Part shown: piece by piece, positions 27,801 through 41,771 of the stretch
Numbering within the stretch: position 1 is the stretch's first letter
How the letters are laid out: every line of letters starts with the position of its first letter
NCBI GenBank assembly: GCA_965153355.1
Contig: OZ231126.1
Location: forward strand, 16,492,001-16,556,000
Direction of reading: 5' to 3'
DNA: 64,000 bases
Origin: Flaccisagitta enflata
Taxonomy: Eukaryota
Translations under genes and position numbers: made by a program
Notes under the pieces: generated by a model
The model's database searches: none
What the model was told of the DNA's origin: nothing
What the model saw: only the letters and a program-made list of their open reading frames with translations

Positions 27801-29305
27801 CAAGTTTGATTGAAAGAGGTAGGGGTTTAACGGGGATTTAGACCCACTTAAACAAGAATTCTAGCCTGGAATGAATACAAAGTTGGGGAATGGCTTTTCA
27901 GTTGTTATTTATTCAATTCATTCCAACCCATTCCAATCTTGCTGAAATTTCCATCAAATTTGCCCTTATGTCATTGGAAAACTCCTTCTCCTTAATTTCC
28001 AACCCATTCAATCTATTCCAACCCTTTTAACTATTCCAATTCATTCCAACCCATTCAAATCCTGTTGATGCAGCTATCAAAATCACCCCTTATGTTATTC
28101 CAAATATCTTTAAACCCATCAATCCATTCCTATTCATTCTAAACCATTCTTGATTCATTCCAAGCTATTCCAACTATTCATTTCAACCTATTCAAACTCC
28201 CCGTTGAAAGATAAGCTTTAACAAAAATTGACCAATGTTGCTCCAACCCATTCCAAACTCATTCCAATCATCAACATTCCAATTGAGGTTCTAAATTCCT
28301 TTTATAAACCTGACTTTTAGCCCCCTCAATTTAGGAACTTCAATCCAAAGGACTCAATACTCCTTCATTGAAAATTTCATTCAAGTCCATTCAGTACAGT
28401 CACTGGCTTCCACCCTAAGCAAAGAGCTCTGAATGCAATTTTCTTTATACATATGGTTCAGCTTCTGCATTTAGTGTAGGTTAAGTGAAAGTGGGATTTA
28501 GACTCACTTAACAATCTGGAATGGTTGAATGAGAAATGCTTTCACCCCTGATTTCATTCCAACTATTCCAACCCATTCCAATCCTGCTGAAATTTCCATC
28601 AAAATCACCCCTTATGTCATTGAAACTCATTCCAATTCATTCCAACCCATTCCAATTCATTCCAACTCATTCCAACCCATTCAAATCCTGTTGATGTTTC
28701 TATCTAAAATTACAAAGTATGCATAACATTATGCAACTGATTCAAATGGCAGTTTCCAAAATGTTGATTTGTGTAATCGAGTTATTAACATCATGGGCAA
28801 CATTAAAAGTATTCCTTTCAAAATCTTCCACCACCCTTTTACAGAGACCAACTAGAAACTCACAGGCACCAATAATTCTTCAATTTGAAGATTTCATTCA
28901 AGTCCATTCAGGTTGTCATTCAGGCTCTACCCTAAGGTGTAGAGCCTGAATGAGAATTTTCTTTAGTTATCATTATGGTTCAGTTTCTTGATTGGGAGGG
29001 GCTAAGAGGTAGGGGTTTAACGGGGGATTTAGACTCAATTTTAACAACCTGAATGGATTGGAATGGGTTGGAATGAGTAGTAATGGCTTTCAACGATTAT
29101 TTTATTCCAACTCATTCCAACCCATTCCAATCCTGCTGAAATTTCCATCAAAATCACCCCTTATGTCATTGAAACTCATTCCAATTCATTCCAATTCATT
29201 CCAACCCATTCTAATTCATTCCAACCCATTCCAATTCATTCCAACCCATTCCAATTCATTCCAACTCATTCCAACCCATTCAAATCCTGTTGATGTTTCT
29301 ATCTA
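21820..29305. repeat. Satellite of tandem ~520-690 bp MITE-like units with an internal (GGAAT/ATTCC) 10-mer repeat; strand switches at ~24340
   Basis: Junction ggctctacacc-TTA-gggtagagcc recurs (~22170, 22855, 23375, 23955; inverted ~24530, 25105, 25752, 26352, 27150, 28932). Confidence 0.85.
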
Positions 29306-30270
29306 TAAAGCTACAAAAGCGGTATGCGTATAAGCATGTATGCAACTGAATTATTATGGGTTAGATTCCTTAAGAGATGTTGATTTGGGTGAATCGATTT
29401 ATTTCAACATCATGGGCAACAGTTAAAAGTATTTCTTGTCAAAATCTTCCACCACCCTTTTGACAGAGCACACAACGAGGGCCACCCACCAGTGCATATG
29501 CTCTATTTGGCCTCGGTTTGTTGATATAATATGTTTTAGCTATCTTTGTCAAATTTAAGCATTCTCAATGCATTTTTACTCTCAATTTTGTTCATTTTTC
29601 CAGTTCGTTTAATTTTGAGAGGGGTGTTATCTCGTAGAGTAGAGCCTTAATGACAACTTATGGATTTGACAACTAATGACAACTAATGGATTTGACAACG
29701 CAAAAAAAATGTTTTATGCGATTATTGCTTGAATAATTACATAATCGCCGTACAACCCACCCAAGATTTGTCCAAGGGTTGGATGGTTGTTCATGCAAAA
29801 TTTCAGAAAATTTTGTGGAATATTTTCATAGCTACGCTTTTTTGAAATTTTTGGATAGGTAGGCTGGTTTGGGTGGTTGTACCTACTGAAATTGCTTGGA
29901 ACTTCACACATCAGTAGACAAGGTCATATGATGTTACCATACAAAAATTTAGTCAATCGGTCAATCCGTTCATGAGATATGAGCTTTCCAAGTTTGGGTA
30001 AAAAAAGTCATGACAGACTCCGCCACTTAAAAAAAATCACGAACACGTTTTATTCTTTGACTCGCTTGAGCGCTCATGAAATAATGAACTGTTTCTTCTT
30101 AATACTACGTCTAAAAACTATTATGAGTATTAAAACAATGCTGGATACATGGCTACCCAAGTCGCGTGCGGGCCGGCAGGGGCCGTCACTTGATCATTTG
30201 GGCAGGGGCAGTGAGGCCAAAGACTGCTAAAAAGCAAAAAAAGTAAAGTGTGACAGAGCGACAGAGACTA

Positions 30271-31529
30271 CAGTGCGCCGCATTAAAAAGAGAACGTTTT
30301 TTGTAAACTGTATTTCATTGCTCTAAAAACCAAATATGGATGAATATGTTGCTAATGCGTTAGTAGTTGATGGATCCGCCTTCAGCTTGGATGATGAGCT
30401 CCATACGACGTGCCATCAAGGCGTACAAGTTGGCAAGGTGTTCGGTGGTGAGGCGGCACCGAACTGTAAAAGCAACTAGGACAAAGGACACTTTGTATTG
30501 ATAGTTTCTGCTTAACTATTGGCCTGAGACACAAAAACTTCATGACCGTTTGAAAGCTCTGCAAAAAATCTTTCAAATGCGACGTTGGTGGTCGTTGTAG
30601 CTTCATTCATTTAGAAATGGCATAACTTTGAAGAAAACAAGGACAACCCTTTACAGTCGCGTGCAGCTGTTAAGACCATTAGACCAAAAGAATAAAAATC
30701 CAAAAGACTAAGAGACTAAATGTAAATTGACTTAAACTAACTTTGAATAACTTCAAATGACTTAAAACGGCATAAAACGTTGAAAAAAAGCTAAGCGTTA
30801 CGGACCGACGGACAGACCGACAGACTGGCAGAGTGGGTTGAAGAGTCGCGTGCACGCTACTAAAAATCACTGATTGAAAAAAGTGCTCAATTCAATTTTT
30901 TCCAACGAGCAATTTTGGTCTGACCCTTTTTGTTAATGATGCAGCTCAGGAGTGTCTTTGCTACTCAATATCCATGAGCAAATTAAAGAGCTTTGAATTT
31001 TCTTTAAAATGGCGCCAAGGACAAATATTTAACTCTGTGGGTTTAGTTTTTAGTCGCAGACTAGCGACTCTATAAGAGGCTTTGTCCGTCCGTCCGTTGG
31101 TTGGTTGGTCGGTTGGTTGGTTGGTTGGTCGGTCCGTCACGCTCGAGTCGAAAAGTGGGAAAACACGCATTTCTAAACGTATAGAGCTAGGGCATCCAGC
31201 AAGGTCTCATTTGAAAGATCTTTCACAGAGCTTCAAAATGATCATGGATTTTGTTATGTTATGTTTAGTGCTTGGATGTGAAACACTGACAAACAAGTAA
31301 TTCGCTTTTTTTATTTTCCCATGGGTAAGTTTTTCCCCACTCCATTTTTCATAGCTTCTCTTCAAAGCGTCACAGCGTCCAAATGAATTGACCAATTTAA
31401 ATGCGGTTTGCGGCAAACGCTCCATCTTTCCAAGAGCTTCAAAATGGTCACCGACAAAGTTACAATTTTTTTATTCTAAGCTGGAAAACAGTGGTAAACG
31501 TAGTGTTCTCTTTTTTATGCGCCGCACTG
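30271..31529. mobile_element. Tc1/mariner-type non-autonomous element inserted in a HINE and itself carrying HINEs
   Basis: TA|cagtgcgccgcattaaaaagagaac ... gttctcttttttatgcgccgcactg|TA. Confidence 0.8.
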
Positions 31530-34500
31530 TAAAGGACGGACCAACGGATGGACAGACGGACGGACCATCGGACAGACTGATGGATATACCATCGGAGGCA
31601 TTGACGGACGGACCATTAAAGCAGGATGCAGAGTCGCGTAGCACGCGACTAAAAATAAAAGGAACAGAGGAAAGCTTAAACGCTGGGCTTTAGTATAATG
31701 TAAAATTTGATAGTAATATTTTTTAAAAATGGCAACGCGGAAACTATCTTCGGACCGGCCACCCTAAAAAGTTGAATTGGAAAAATAGATTGGTGAAGAC
31801 GACGGAAAGTTTATATCGATAATTGAGTCTCCAATATTGTTTAAAGTAAAAATATCAAAGATGCATAATTGGATGTACACTAAAGAGTAAATTGTGCCAC
31901 GATACCACGGTGGTAAAATTATCATTTAGATCAAAGGAACCATGGTGAAAGATATCAACAATAAATACTCGGTGATGTTTCTAACAAAATAAATCAGATT
32001 GGAAATGTTCGCATCGCCGAAAAAAATTCAGCATCATCAAAGTTTTATATACAAAAACGTTTACTAAATATGTCATGAAGCCGGTGTATCATTGACACAT
32101 AATTAATGTTACTACCACACATAGTCAACGTCACTCCCACTAATTCTGGTTTTTTTTTCGCTGAATAAGGATTTCCCGCTAAAATAACTGAGGTAATGAG
32201 ACAGACGGATCGATCAAAAGACCAATAAAAAACATGTTCAACTTGTCTCTTGCTTTTTGTATTTTTCAAGACCGATAAAATTTCTCTCAAAATCACCTTG
32301 TATGTCATTGCAACCCATTCCAATTCATCCTAAGCCATTCCAATCCTGTTGAAATTTCTATCAAAATCACCCTATATCATTGTGTCAGTTCGGGGATACC
32401 CGTCAGTGACGTGCCTAAATAACAAAGTGTTGTTTGTCAGTTGGTTGGTTAGTCGATTGGGGTGTGGAGGGGGGTTGGACGCCCCTGCCCACCCATCCGC
32501 AACAATATTGTGACCCCGCGTCACTTGTTATCAACTTTGAAGTCGTGTCACAGCCAAACGGACCGAGAACAATATGTGTTGGTAAACACCAAGTCCTCTT
32601 CCCCATCTACAGGTGGCAATTTGAGGATTGTTAAAAAATACCTCTGTTCAAAAGTTTTAAGTTACCAATTGGTGCTGTAAGTTGGTGTTGGTGATGTCAA
32701 CTGCAGATGTTTTGTGTCGTGTCTGTTTAAAAGCTTAAATAACTTTTTGGGGACAGAAAGATGAACTAACCGACAAAGCCTCTTACAGCCACCGGACCGC
32801 GACTAAAAAAAGTTGATTTGTGGCCGGGTCAACATTTAGAAAGCAGAAAAAATAAAGCCAAATACACGACTACCTCAGTTACGTGCACGAGGGGCCGTAC
32901 TTGGTCACTTTAGGCCGGAGCAGTGTGTTTTAAGAACAAAGCCGGATACACGGGTACCTCAGTCGCGTGAGGTTGGGCAGGGGCTTATTTGAGGTCACTT
33001 CATCATTTGAGCAGTAGCAATGAGGCAACAGACCGCAAAAACCCGAAAAAAGTAAAGTGGGACGGACGGACGGACGGACGGACCGACAAAGCAGATCTAC
33101 AAAATTACAACTGCGGTATCTCAAAAGCGCGTCCTCTTACTTACCAACTCAAGTATTACAGACCAACGGACAGACGGGCAGAGCCTCTTATAGTCACAAT
33201 GCTCAGATATTTCGTTAAGACGTGGTACGTCGACGAAGTTGCTAGAGGTTTGACGATAGTTATGCAGGTTGAACTTGGTACAAGCTGTATTTTGTCTAAG
33301 AACACTGTTTATAAGAACATCGGCCTCAGATTTGGCAAAAAAATAAGAACATCCTAAGAACATATTAAGGCTCAGACTTTGGCATGAATATATTCTTAAG
33401 TACGTTTTGATATGATTTTTTATGGAGACTTTGAAAAAAAGTTGTACAGATTCTAATTTCATGATTTACAAAGACAAAATTTTGTACGGACTGAGAATGA
33501 AACATATCTATTTTTCTGAGTATGAATAGTTGGTAACTACATTAACAAATCTTCTATGCTACATGAATAAGAACAGGTTAAGAACGTTTGAGCCTGAAAA
33601 TTGGCTAAAAAAATAAGAACGCTGAGCCTCACTTAAAAAAACTGTTCTTATAAAAAATACGGCGTAATATTGTTCTACATCAGTTCAAGTCATTTTGAGT
33701 TATTTAATTATTCAATTTAAGTCAGATTACATTTTATCTTTTTGTCTTTTGGTCTGTCTTTTCGTCCTATGGTCTTAACAACCGCACGCGACTGAGGTGT
33801 TGGCCTTGTTTTATGTTCAAGTCAGCCACAACCCACAACAAAGTTGTCTCAGTGAAGACAGATCTTCTTTAGTCGTATGTCTGTGATCATCTCGATCCGT
33901 CCGTCGGACATTTTTTTGGTTTTGGTTTCTAAAGCCCTTGGGTGAATCGCTTCATTTTTAGTTGCGGACACGCAACTCTATCAGGGACTTTGTCCATCGG
34001 TCCGTCTGTCAGTCCGTCCGTCGGTCCGTCAGCACAAGTCGAAAAGTGGGAAAACGCGCATTTCTGCCCCTGCTCACACGTCCGCAACTGGTGGCCGTGT
34101 ATCCGGCCTTGTTTAGTCGCACACTAGCGACATAAAGAGGCTCACTCTGTCACTCCATCGGTTCATCCATTGGTGTGCAATGATTTACAAGCCTCTTGAT
34201 ATTAAATATAGGTCTTTCAAGTGGAGGCACTCTTTATATTATAAAATATGTTAGTAACAGCCGAGACGCTCTAAAACGGCAATAACCAGTAATCACTAAT
34301 CAGGGTTGAACATTCCGACGGACGGCGAGGACGTCACGGTAATTTCTAGTCGCTGGTTAGCAACCAAGAAACGTATTAAGATCTTAGACAGACAATTTTG
34401 TGACCCCACGTCACTTGTTATTAAGGGTCTCAGCCTCTTCTGCTCATAGCGAACGAGAGAAAGATACCATACTCTAGACCTTGATGACGACACTGTTGCT

Positions 34501-37500
34501 GTTAGGTGGTAGCTTCTAGTTTAGTTATAATAAATAGTAATAAAAAAACACAAAACACGGATCGTGAACTCGGAAATTTAACAGCAAGATCTAAGGGGAA
34601 ACAACGGATTAAGAATGGATCACAGCACTCAGTCAAATCAAAACGCGACTTAAAATTGAAGTGCGCAGGGTTACACAATGGGCATCTAACTGATACAAAG
34701 ATTCATCTAAGACGTGAAAAAAAGAATGAGCAGATACTCCTACAATGTTTATCATTTACTCAAGGACGATTTTTAAAACATGGAACAAACTTACGAAGGA
34801 CTTAGGGGTAAACTACGAGAATCTGGTTACTGAATTAATCGTAAGAACGTGATGAATTACTTCTGAATTGAATGGGAAAACAGTTATTCATTTTATGAAT
34901 TCTATGAATCTAATGAATCTTTACCTTGGGACAGACATGTTGGAGTCTAAAATGAGCCTTCATTATTCACCTAAGTCAATAAATCAAAGATGTACGATTA
35001 GATGAATAACAAAAGTTAAATTCCAACATTGTAACACAGCCAAACCCATCATTCATGACGGACATTTAGATTAAACGACTAAACAAATCACGGGGAAAAA
35101 AATCATGAATGATTAAACAGCAACATTGTTTTTTTTAGTCCCACAAAATTAACCTGATTGACCCTAAGTAGAAGGTTCTCGATTGGTTCTGGTAATATCA
35201 GCATCACCTAAATCAAGCCAGCATCAGCCCATAAATGTTTACTATATATAACATCTTTTATTCGTCATGAATGACAGACCACACGACATCATGCCTATAA
35301 ACTACGTAAAGAAAATAAAGAGGGGGAAAAAACCGAATTAGCATTTCAAAGTAGGATTGCCTAATGTTGGAAGTTGTCTTGTGTCAATGTTTCACCCACT
35401 TATTCAGCACAGGCCTGTATAAAGTTAAGTATTTCCCCCCCCCCCGGGGGGGAAATAAAATCAAAAGGTTTGGAGGCTAGAAAAGAAGAAAAAAGAAATT
35501 TTTTTGAAGATTCAACATTTTTGATAGTTCCAAACAGTAGTATCTGATTACTACAACACATTTAACACTATCTAGACCTATAATATATTGTTTTATCGCT
35601 TTGTGGGGAAGAAAATCATTGATTTTGTTAGGCGACGCGAGATGTCGCAGGGAAGAAAATCAAAGGCCCCCCCCCCAAATAAAATCAAGAGCCGCTCAAC
35701 TTTATACGCCCCTGATTCAGCATCATTTTTTTTCGCAATAGTGTATTTCCCGCTAAAAGAACTGAAGTAACGACAGACCAATGGACCGACAGCCTAAATT
35801 TTTAGTTGTATGCTGCATGACTCTACACCCCACTTTGTCGGTATGTTGATCCATCCGTCTGTCCGTCTCACTTAAGTAACTTTTTTTGTGTTTTCGCGAT
35901 CTTGGGCTTTATGCTCCTGCCCAAATGATGAAGTCACCTTAAATATGCCCCCTGCCCACCCGCACGCGACTGGGGTAGCTGTGTATCCGACCTTGTTTGG
36001 CTCAGAGCCAAAAATTTTTGTAACAATGGACAGACGACCAATAGACGTGGCCGCATGGACTAAACAAAAAAAAATCAAATGGTCATTACGTGCAAATGAA
36101 TCACAGGAAAAGGTTGAAATTTGGGACAGAGACCATTGATGTTATGTTCTATCACTGTACCATGTTTCATTCCAGTCCAACTTCAGGAACCCCTTAGTAT
36201 CGATGGACTAACAGATGGACTGTCGCGAGCATGCAATTGAACAAGATCAGATGGTCATTACGCGCAAACGAATGAGAGGAAAATGGTAAGATTTTGTACA
36301 CAAACCCTTCCTGTCATGTTATATCACTGAACTAAGTTTCATTCCAATCCGATTTGATGAACCCCTTCAATCAACGGATGTACCAATGGACAGACACAGC
36401 CGCATGCGCGCGACTGAAAATGACCAAATGGTCACTACGTGCAAATACACGATTTTAGCTTTCTCACGCGGACATATGATTGAACAGTGCACAATAACAT
36501 AAACATCTTACGTGTGTGAGAGGAAAGAAGCATCACATAACAATGTTTACCGCCGTGCTTCACCCCTTATTTGCATTGAAATGTATAGGGAGGAGGGAGG
36601 GCAAGATAAGACTTCTTTCCTGATTGAGTCTTAGTATGCCAACAGAAACACATTGAACATATGTCCAAGTGGTAAAGGCGAAATCATGGTATAACACGGC
36701 TCCCAATACCCAGTCAGCGTCACTTATTTATTGTTGGTTAAAAAAGGGTAATAAAAAGTACCACTCGCTAAAACTGACCTACCGATAGACCAACGAACAA
36801 ATCATTCACGATCAACGTTCGGACAGTCATGGTCGTGTGTAAATGACTGAAACATAAGGATGAAATGATCATTTAGTAAATGGCAATGGGATACCCAAAA
36901 ATTCTACATCACTTTTACGGAAAATATTGCTGAAATAAGACTAATGATATATTTTTAAAAATGTTTATTGAATAAAATATTGACCGGGAACAATATTCAT
37001 ACAAACCAGACAATAATAACTAAACAGAAATTGGGTTGAAATCTTCGTTCATTTCTGCTTTCCTCCTTCAACCAAACTTGTCTTGCTCAGTAGTTTTCAT
37101 TTAAAAGTGCCATAGAAAGATGCGATGCGAACATAGGGTGCGCATCGGAGAAAATATTTTTGAAAAACAGTACTCGACAGAATTAAGTGTGCTCTTTCAC
37201 ATACGTGTGAATCGCGCGTATGGAAGAATTTTGAGACTCCTTTCCACTTGTTCAAAGTTGAAAGTTTTTTAAGCATTTTCTCGGGATTGCGTTTCGTTTT
37301 TTTCGATGTTGCTTGATCGCCTCAGGCGTGTTTTGACATTCATTGGCCAGTGTAAACATATATAAAGCTTTTGAAGGGGTTTTCACCATTTATCTTATGT
37401 CTATCAAACTCATTTCTTCACGCAAATTCGACATTTTTCATACGATGGATCTCAGCGATTTGAACATTAACGTGTCCGGTCTCTACATTTAGATCAAACG

Positions 37501-38692
37501 AACAATATTACCAATGAATACACGGTGAGGTCTCTTTCAAAATAAATCAGATTGGAAATGTGCGCATCGCCGAAAACAATTCAGCATCATCAAAAACGTT
37601 TACTTAGTGTGTCATGACCCTTATGAAGGCGGACCGTCAACGTTACTCCCACACATAGCCAACATCACTGCCACTTATTTGACATATTTCGTGTCTTCAA
37701 ATGATCTGTGATATTGTCCGTTTTCATTAAAATATGCATCAATCAATACCATCGTCTAAAAAGTTGAAAGATTAAGGCTAAGGATCTAAGAAACTGATGC
37801 TGAGTGCCAGAAGTACATTTAAACGCTTTTATAAAATTCAAAAAGGGGCAAAAAGTTTAAAAGCGCTAAAAGAACCCTGGTAAAGTTTGACCGACGGAAT
37901 GACCAAAAGACCAATTTAAAGGATGATCAACTAGTCTTATGCCTTATGTCTCTCATGAATGTCTGACAAAATTTTTCGTCTGGCAGTCAGCATCAGTTTC
38001 TTAGTTTTGTGAAAAAAGGGCTTAAAAGTCCCTAGCGCCCAAAGGAAAGACAGAAACTTGGACCGACGGACCGAGCAAAGACCGCAAAAGACAGTTGGCG
38101 AACTCGTTCCTCATTGTTTCTAGCTTTTCCCCCCTCAAAAACCCCAGACGAAATTTTTCGTCTGGCATTCAGCATCAGCTTCTTAATTGTGTTTAAATAA
38201 GATGGAAAATTGGACCGACAGATAGACCAAAGGACGTATAAGACATAGGCGAAGTCGTTCCTCATTGTTTCTAGGTTATTGTCCTTCAAAAACCCTAGAC
38301 AAAATTTTTCGTCTGAGGAGACTCTCAGACGAAATTTCGTCCGAAATTTCGTCTGAAATTTCGTCTGAGGAGACTCTCAGACGAAATTTCGTCCGAAATT
38401 TCGTCTGAAATTTCGTCCGGTTTTTTCAAAAGGCCCTCAAATGAAGCCGATTGGCCAGAGAGAGTGGGCCTGAGCTGTGATAGGGTGCTGGTTACATCCC
38501 GGATGTAGCCAGGTTTCATTGCTGCCGCTGCTGGCAAGGGTTCTGAAAAGTTAAAAAATTTTCAGCCTTCGTACCCCTGATTACAAAAGGCTAGAAAAAT
38601 TTGGGACCACGACTTGTTGTCCACTAAAGGCGGGTAACCGTTAACGGCGTTGTCAAGGAAGTGGGGTTCCACTGTACCTTGAAATCCGTTAT

Positions 38693-38725
38693 NNNNNNNN
38701 NNNNNNNNNNNNNNNNNNNNNNNNN
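38693..38725. other. Assembly gap (33 N)
   Basis: Run of N. Confidence 1.
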
Positions 38726-39552
38726 CGCTGTTCGACGTGCTAACAACTGGAGAGGAGGAAAAATGAAAGGAAAAGTGGGCGTTAATTGTGATCAACGAAC
38801 GCAAAAGCTAACATCAAGTCGAGAGAGGACGCAATAAAGGACAGAAACAGCACATGACAACATGTTCATCTTCTTCAGAGCCCATGCCACCCCTGATAAT
38901 ACCTGCCCCTGCCCCGGCCCATCCCGATGGGGTCATCATATCATCCTATAGTAAGCTGACCGGGCAAGCGATAAACCATACTAAAATCCGGCGATAAAAA
39001 TGCAAAAAACGCAAAAAACAAAAATAACAGACCGGAAAACAAGATAAAACAACGTTAACAACAAAAACGCGTCTGTCGGAAAGACTTACTTTGGAAGGCC
39101 CCGCTGATTGGTTTCAACCTAGATCTGTGATCATGGAATTAACGTTAATTGTCCGTTCATTGGTTTATCTGCAATAAAGATGAGATTATTAAGAGTGAAG
39201 TGAATTCAAGGGGCGCATTCAAACGATCATAAAAATCAATCAATCACTTTAAGAAGCGATGCCATAATTAAATAAAATCAATCAATCCAAAAAATTGGAT
39301 GATACGAAAGACGAGTTACGTATATTTGCCTACGTAGTAAAAACAAATGGCACAAAATCAAGGCGCAACCATATGGTTACCCATCTAGCGTTCAATATAA
39401 AAAATGGCAAGAAACAAAAGACACGGGCATCGAATAGTAGAGAAAGAGAAAAAAGCCAAAAGCACGCAAAAGAGACAGAAGGCACACACACCTAAGCGAC
39501 GGACAGACATACATTTCTAACACTTTCTATTAATCTATCTATCTATCTATTC

Positions 39553-39618
<66 letters not shown>

Positions 39619-39682
39619 TTATCTGTTTATCTATCTATCTATCTATATATCTATCTATCTACTTATCTATTAATCTATCTAT

Positions 39683-40293
39683 GTCAGGGTGCAATCGAAG
39701 ACAAAATTTGATTGGTCAACACATATTTTTAGCAATATTATAGATATTGTTAATTTAAATATTTTTATAATGAAATATAATCATTAGTTTGTGTTTAGAC
39801 TATTTTTGCATTTAAAAATTTTTTTGTGTCTAAAGTAAATGTGAAATGCAGGGATAAACGTCTGAAAAAAGAAAGTTTTTAAGGAAAATCTTATTTTACT
39901 ATCTGACATGTCATGGGTAAAATTATAACTTTGCATAGAGATTCAAAAATTGAGATTTTCAAAAATATGGCGTCGTTCTAAAGACTCCTAAGACGAGGGA
40001 CATGTGTTTAGAAATGCAAAATTTTGCATTCAGAAGCAGAATAAAAATTTTACCCAACAACTGTCTGAACTTTTCTTCTAATTTTTTGGGAGAATTTTTC
40101 TTGTTTTGTTGAATAACTTTTGTCTTTATGAACATACAATAGAAACTTTTTATATTGTAATCATTTTTTGATATTCTTAAAGAAATTAGGAATAAAAAAT
40201 TTTTTATTTTAAAACTTATTACCTACTAGGATAACTATATATAACAATTTATTGTGACTGAAAATCAATTTTTGTCTTCGTTTGCACCCTGAC
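39683..40293. mobile_element. MITE inserted in a (TCTA)n microsatellite
   Basis: TIRs gtcagggtgcaatcgaagacaaaa / ttttgtcttcgtttgcaccctgac, with TCTA repeats on both flanks. Confidence 0.75.
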
Positions 40294-40558
40294 CTATCTA
40301 TCTATCTAATAATCTATCTATTGATCTATCTTTCAATCTATCTATCTTTCTATCTTTCAATGCATGAACTGATCATTGCTGATGATTTTATCTCTGTGAC
40401 CTTCCTTTTTTAAGTTCTGAAGTTTCCTTTGTATCCATAGTCATGTATATTCATACAGTTCTACATAAGGAATAAAAAGTGAATGTGCTTCTAGGGTGGA
40501 TCAGTCATGCGGGGTACCCCTTGACTTATACGTAAACATGTTTGTTCATTCTTCACAG

Positions 40559-40736
40559 GCATCATCATCGCGACGATCCCGATCTGCTTGGGATGGATTT
40601 CCTTCGATCGGACGGAAGCCGTTTGCGCCATTGATTGGTCCATCCCGGACGCATTTTATTACGTCGTCGCCGCCAACATCACTTGCTTCATGATTCCAGG
40701 ATTCATCATCCTTGTTGTCTACGTCGTCATCAAGCG
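40559..40736 (+). CDS. Class A (rhodopsin-like) GPCR exon, TM4-ECL2-TM5
   Basis: cacag acceptor, gtaatc donor; IIIATIPICLGWISFDRTEAVCAIDWSIPDAFYYVVAANITCFMIPGFIILVVYVVIKR has the TM4 Pro-xxx-GW, the ECL2 Cys and the TM5 FxxP...Y motif. Confidence 0.88.
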
Positions 40737-40954
40737 GTAATCATGAAGTGGGATTTACTTGGCCATTGTCATTTCTATATAACTTATAAGGAGTGTCCAC
40801 CGTTAAATGTACCACATTGTAACGTAATTGCTCTCCAGTCTCTCTCTTTTTGTGTTATCTTTATCTGATTGTGTAATTACCTAAAAACTAAATCAGTAAA
40901 AGCATTTCTTTTATACGTGTTGTGAATGCGTTTTAAAATAACATGATATGACAG

Positions 40955-41062
40955 GACCCTGAAGCGCCAAGACGCGGAATTGAAAGAAATGTTTCGAGGC
41001 TCCTCGATTTCCGCCGAAACTCTCAAAGAACATCGCAAAAGTTCCACCCGAAAAGCCGTCAG
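40955..41062 (+). CDS. GPCR exon, intracellular loop 3
   Basis: ag/gt bounded, phase 2 on both sides; TLKRQDAELKEMFRGSSISAETLKEHRKSSTRKAVR. Confidence 0.85.
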
Positions 41063-41173
41063 GTGCGTCTCGTGTGATCGAGCCTTCAGTCTGGCTTCAA
41101 ATATATATACACAATTGGCCACAATATTTCGATTTTTCTGTCCATCTGAAAAGTCTTTTTCAATCTCAATGTC

Positions 41174-41771
41174 TTTAAAGTTTAGGCGTCTTAGGGTAAT
41201 GGTTGGTCTGTTAGTCGGCTGTTAGAACTAAGAATAGGCTAGAGCTAATTCTGAATAAGTAGAGACAACTGTAACACGTAATAGCTGCTGATAAAGGATG
41301 AACTAAGTATCTCAAGTTTTGAGTATCAAGAGGCTAAATATACAAAGCCCAGTTTCTTACGAATATATAGAATTTATTAAAGGATAAGAAGGAAGGTTGT
41401 GCGCAGAGAAAGGTTTGAATCAAGACTGAATAAGTGGAAAAGTTACTTTCTTACGATGCAGTTTTCACACACAAAGAGAATAACAGTATTCAGCTAAGAA
41501 CGTAATAGAATTACAGTATCCAATCAGAAAACAGAATGCAATAATATTGACCAATAGGCTTTCATGCCATTTCACTTTTTACCGGAACTAAATTGTAAAT
41601 TATAAGTTACAAAGTTCTCTTTCTCAAGAAATCATTGTTTTAGTTACAACGGAAAAGCTGGCGCCTTCTCTGTCTGGAAATTTATAGGATATTTGAGAGG
41701 ATAGAAAGAGATAGACAGAGACAGAAAGATAGAACAGAAAAATGGTCAAATTCATAATTCCATTTTTAATA
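41174..41771 (-). repeat. 3' LTR (minus orientation)
   Basis: Direct repeat of 45195-45792; preceded on the minus strand by the G-rich tract ggggttttggcgggcag; minus-strand TATAAA (~41680) and AATAAA (~41375). Confidence 0.9.

Noticed and set aside
21762-29333. Many ORFs rich in IPTHSNSFQ
   Set aside because: Translations of the ATTCC satellite.
34495-35036. Possible solo LTR (TG...CA-like ends)
   Set aside because: No clean TSD or second copy in the window.
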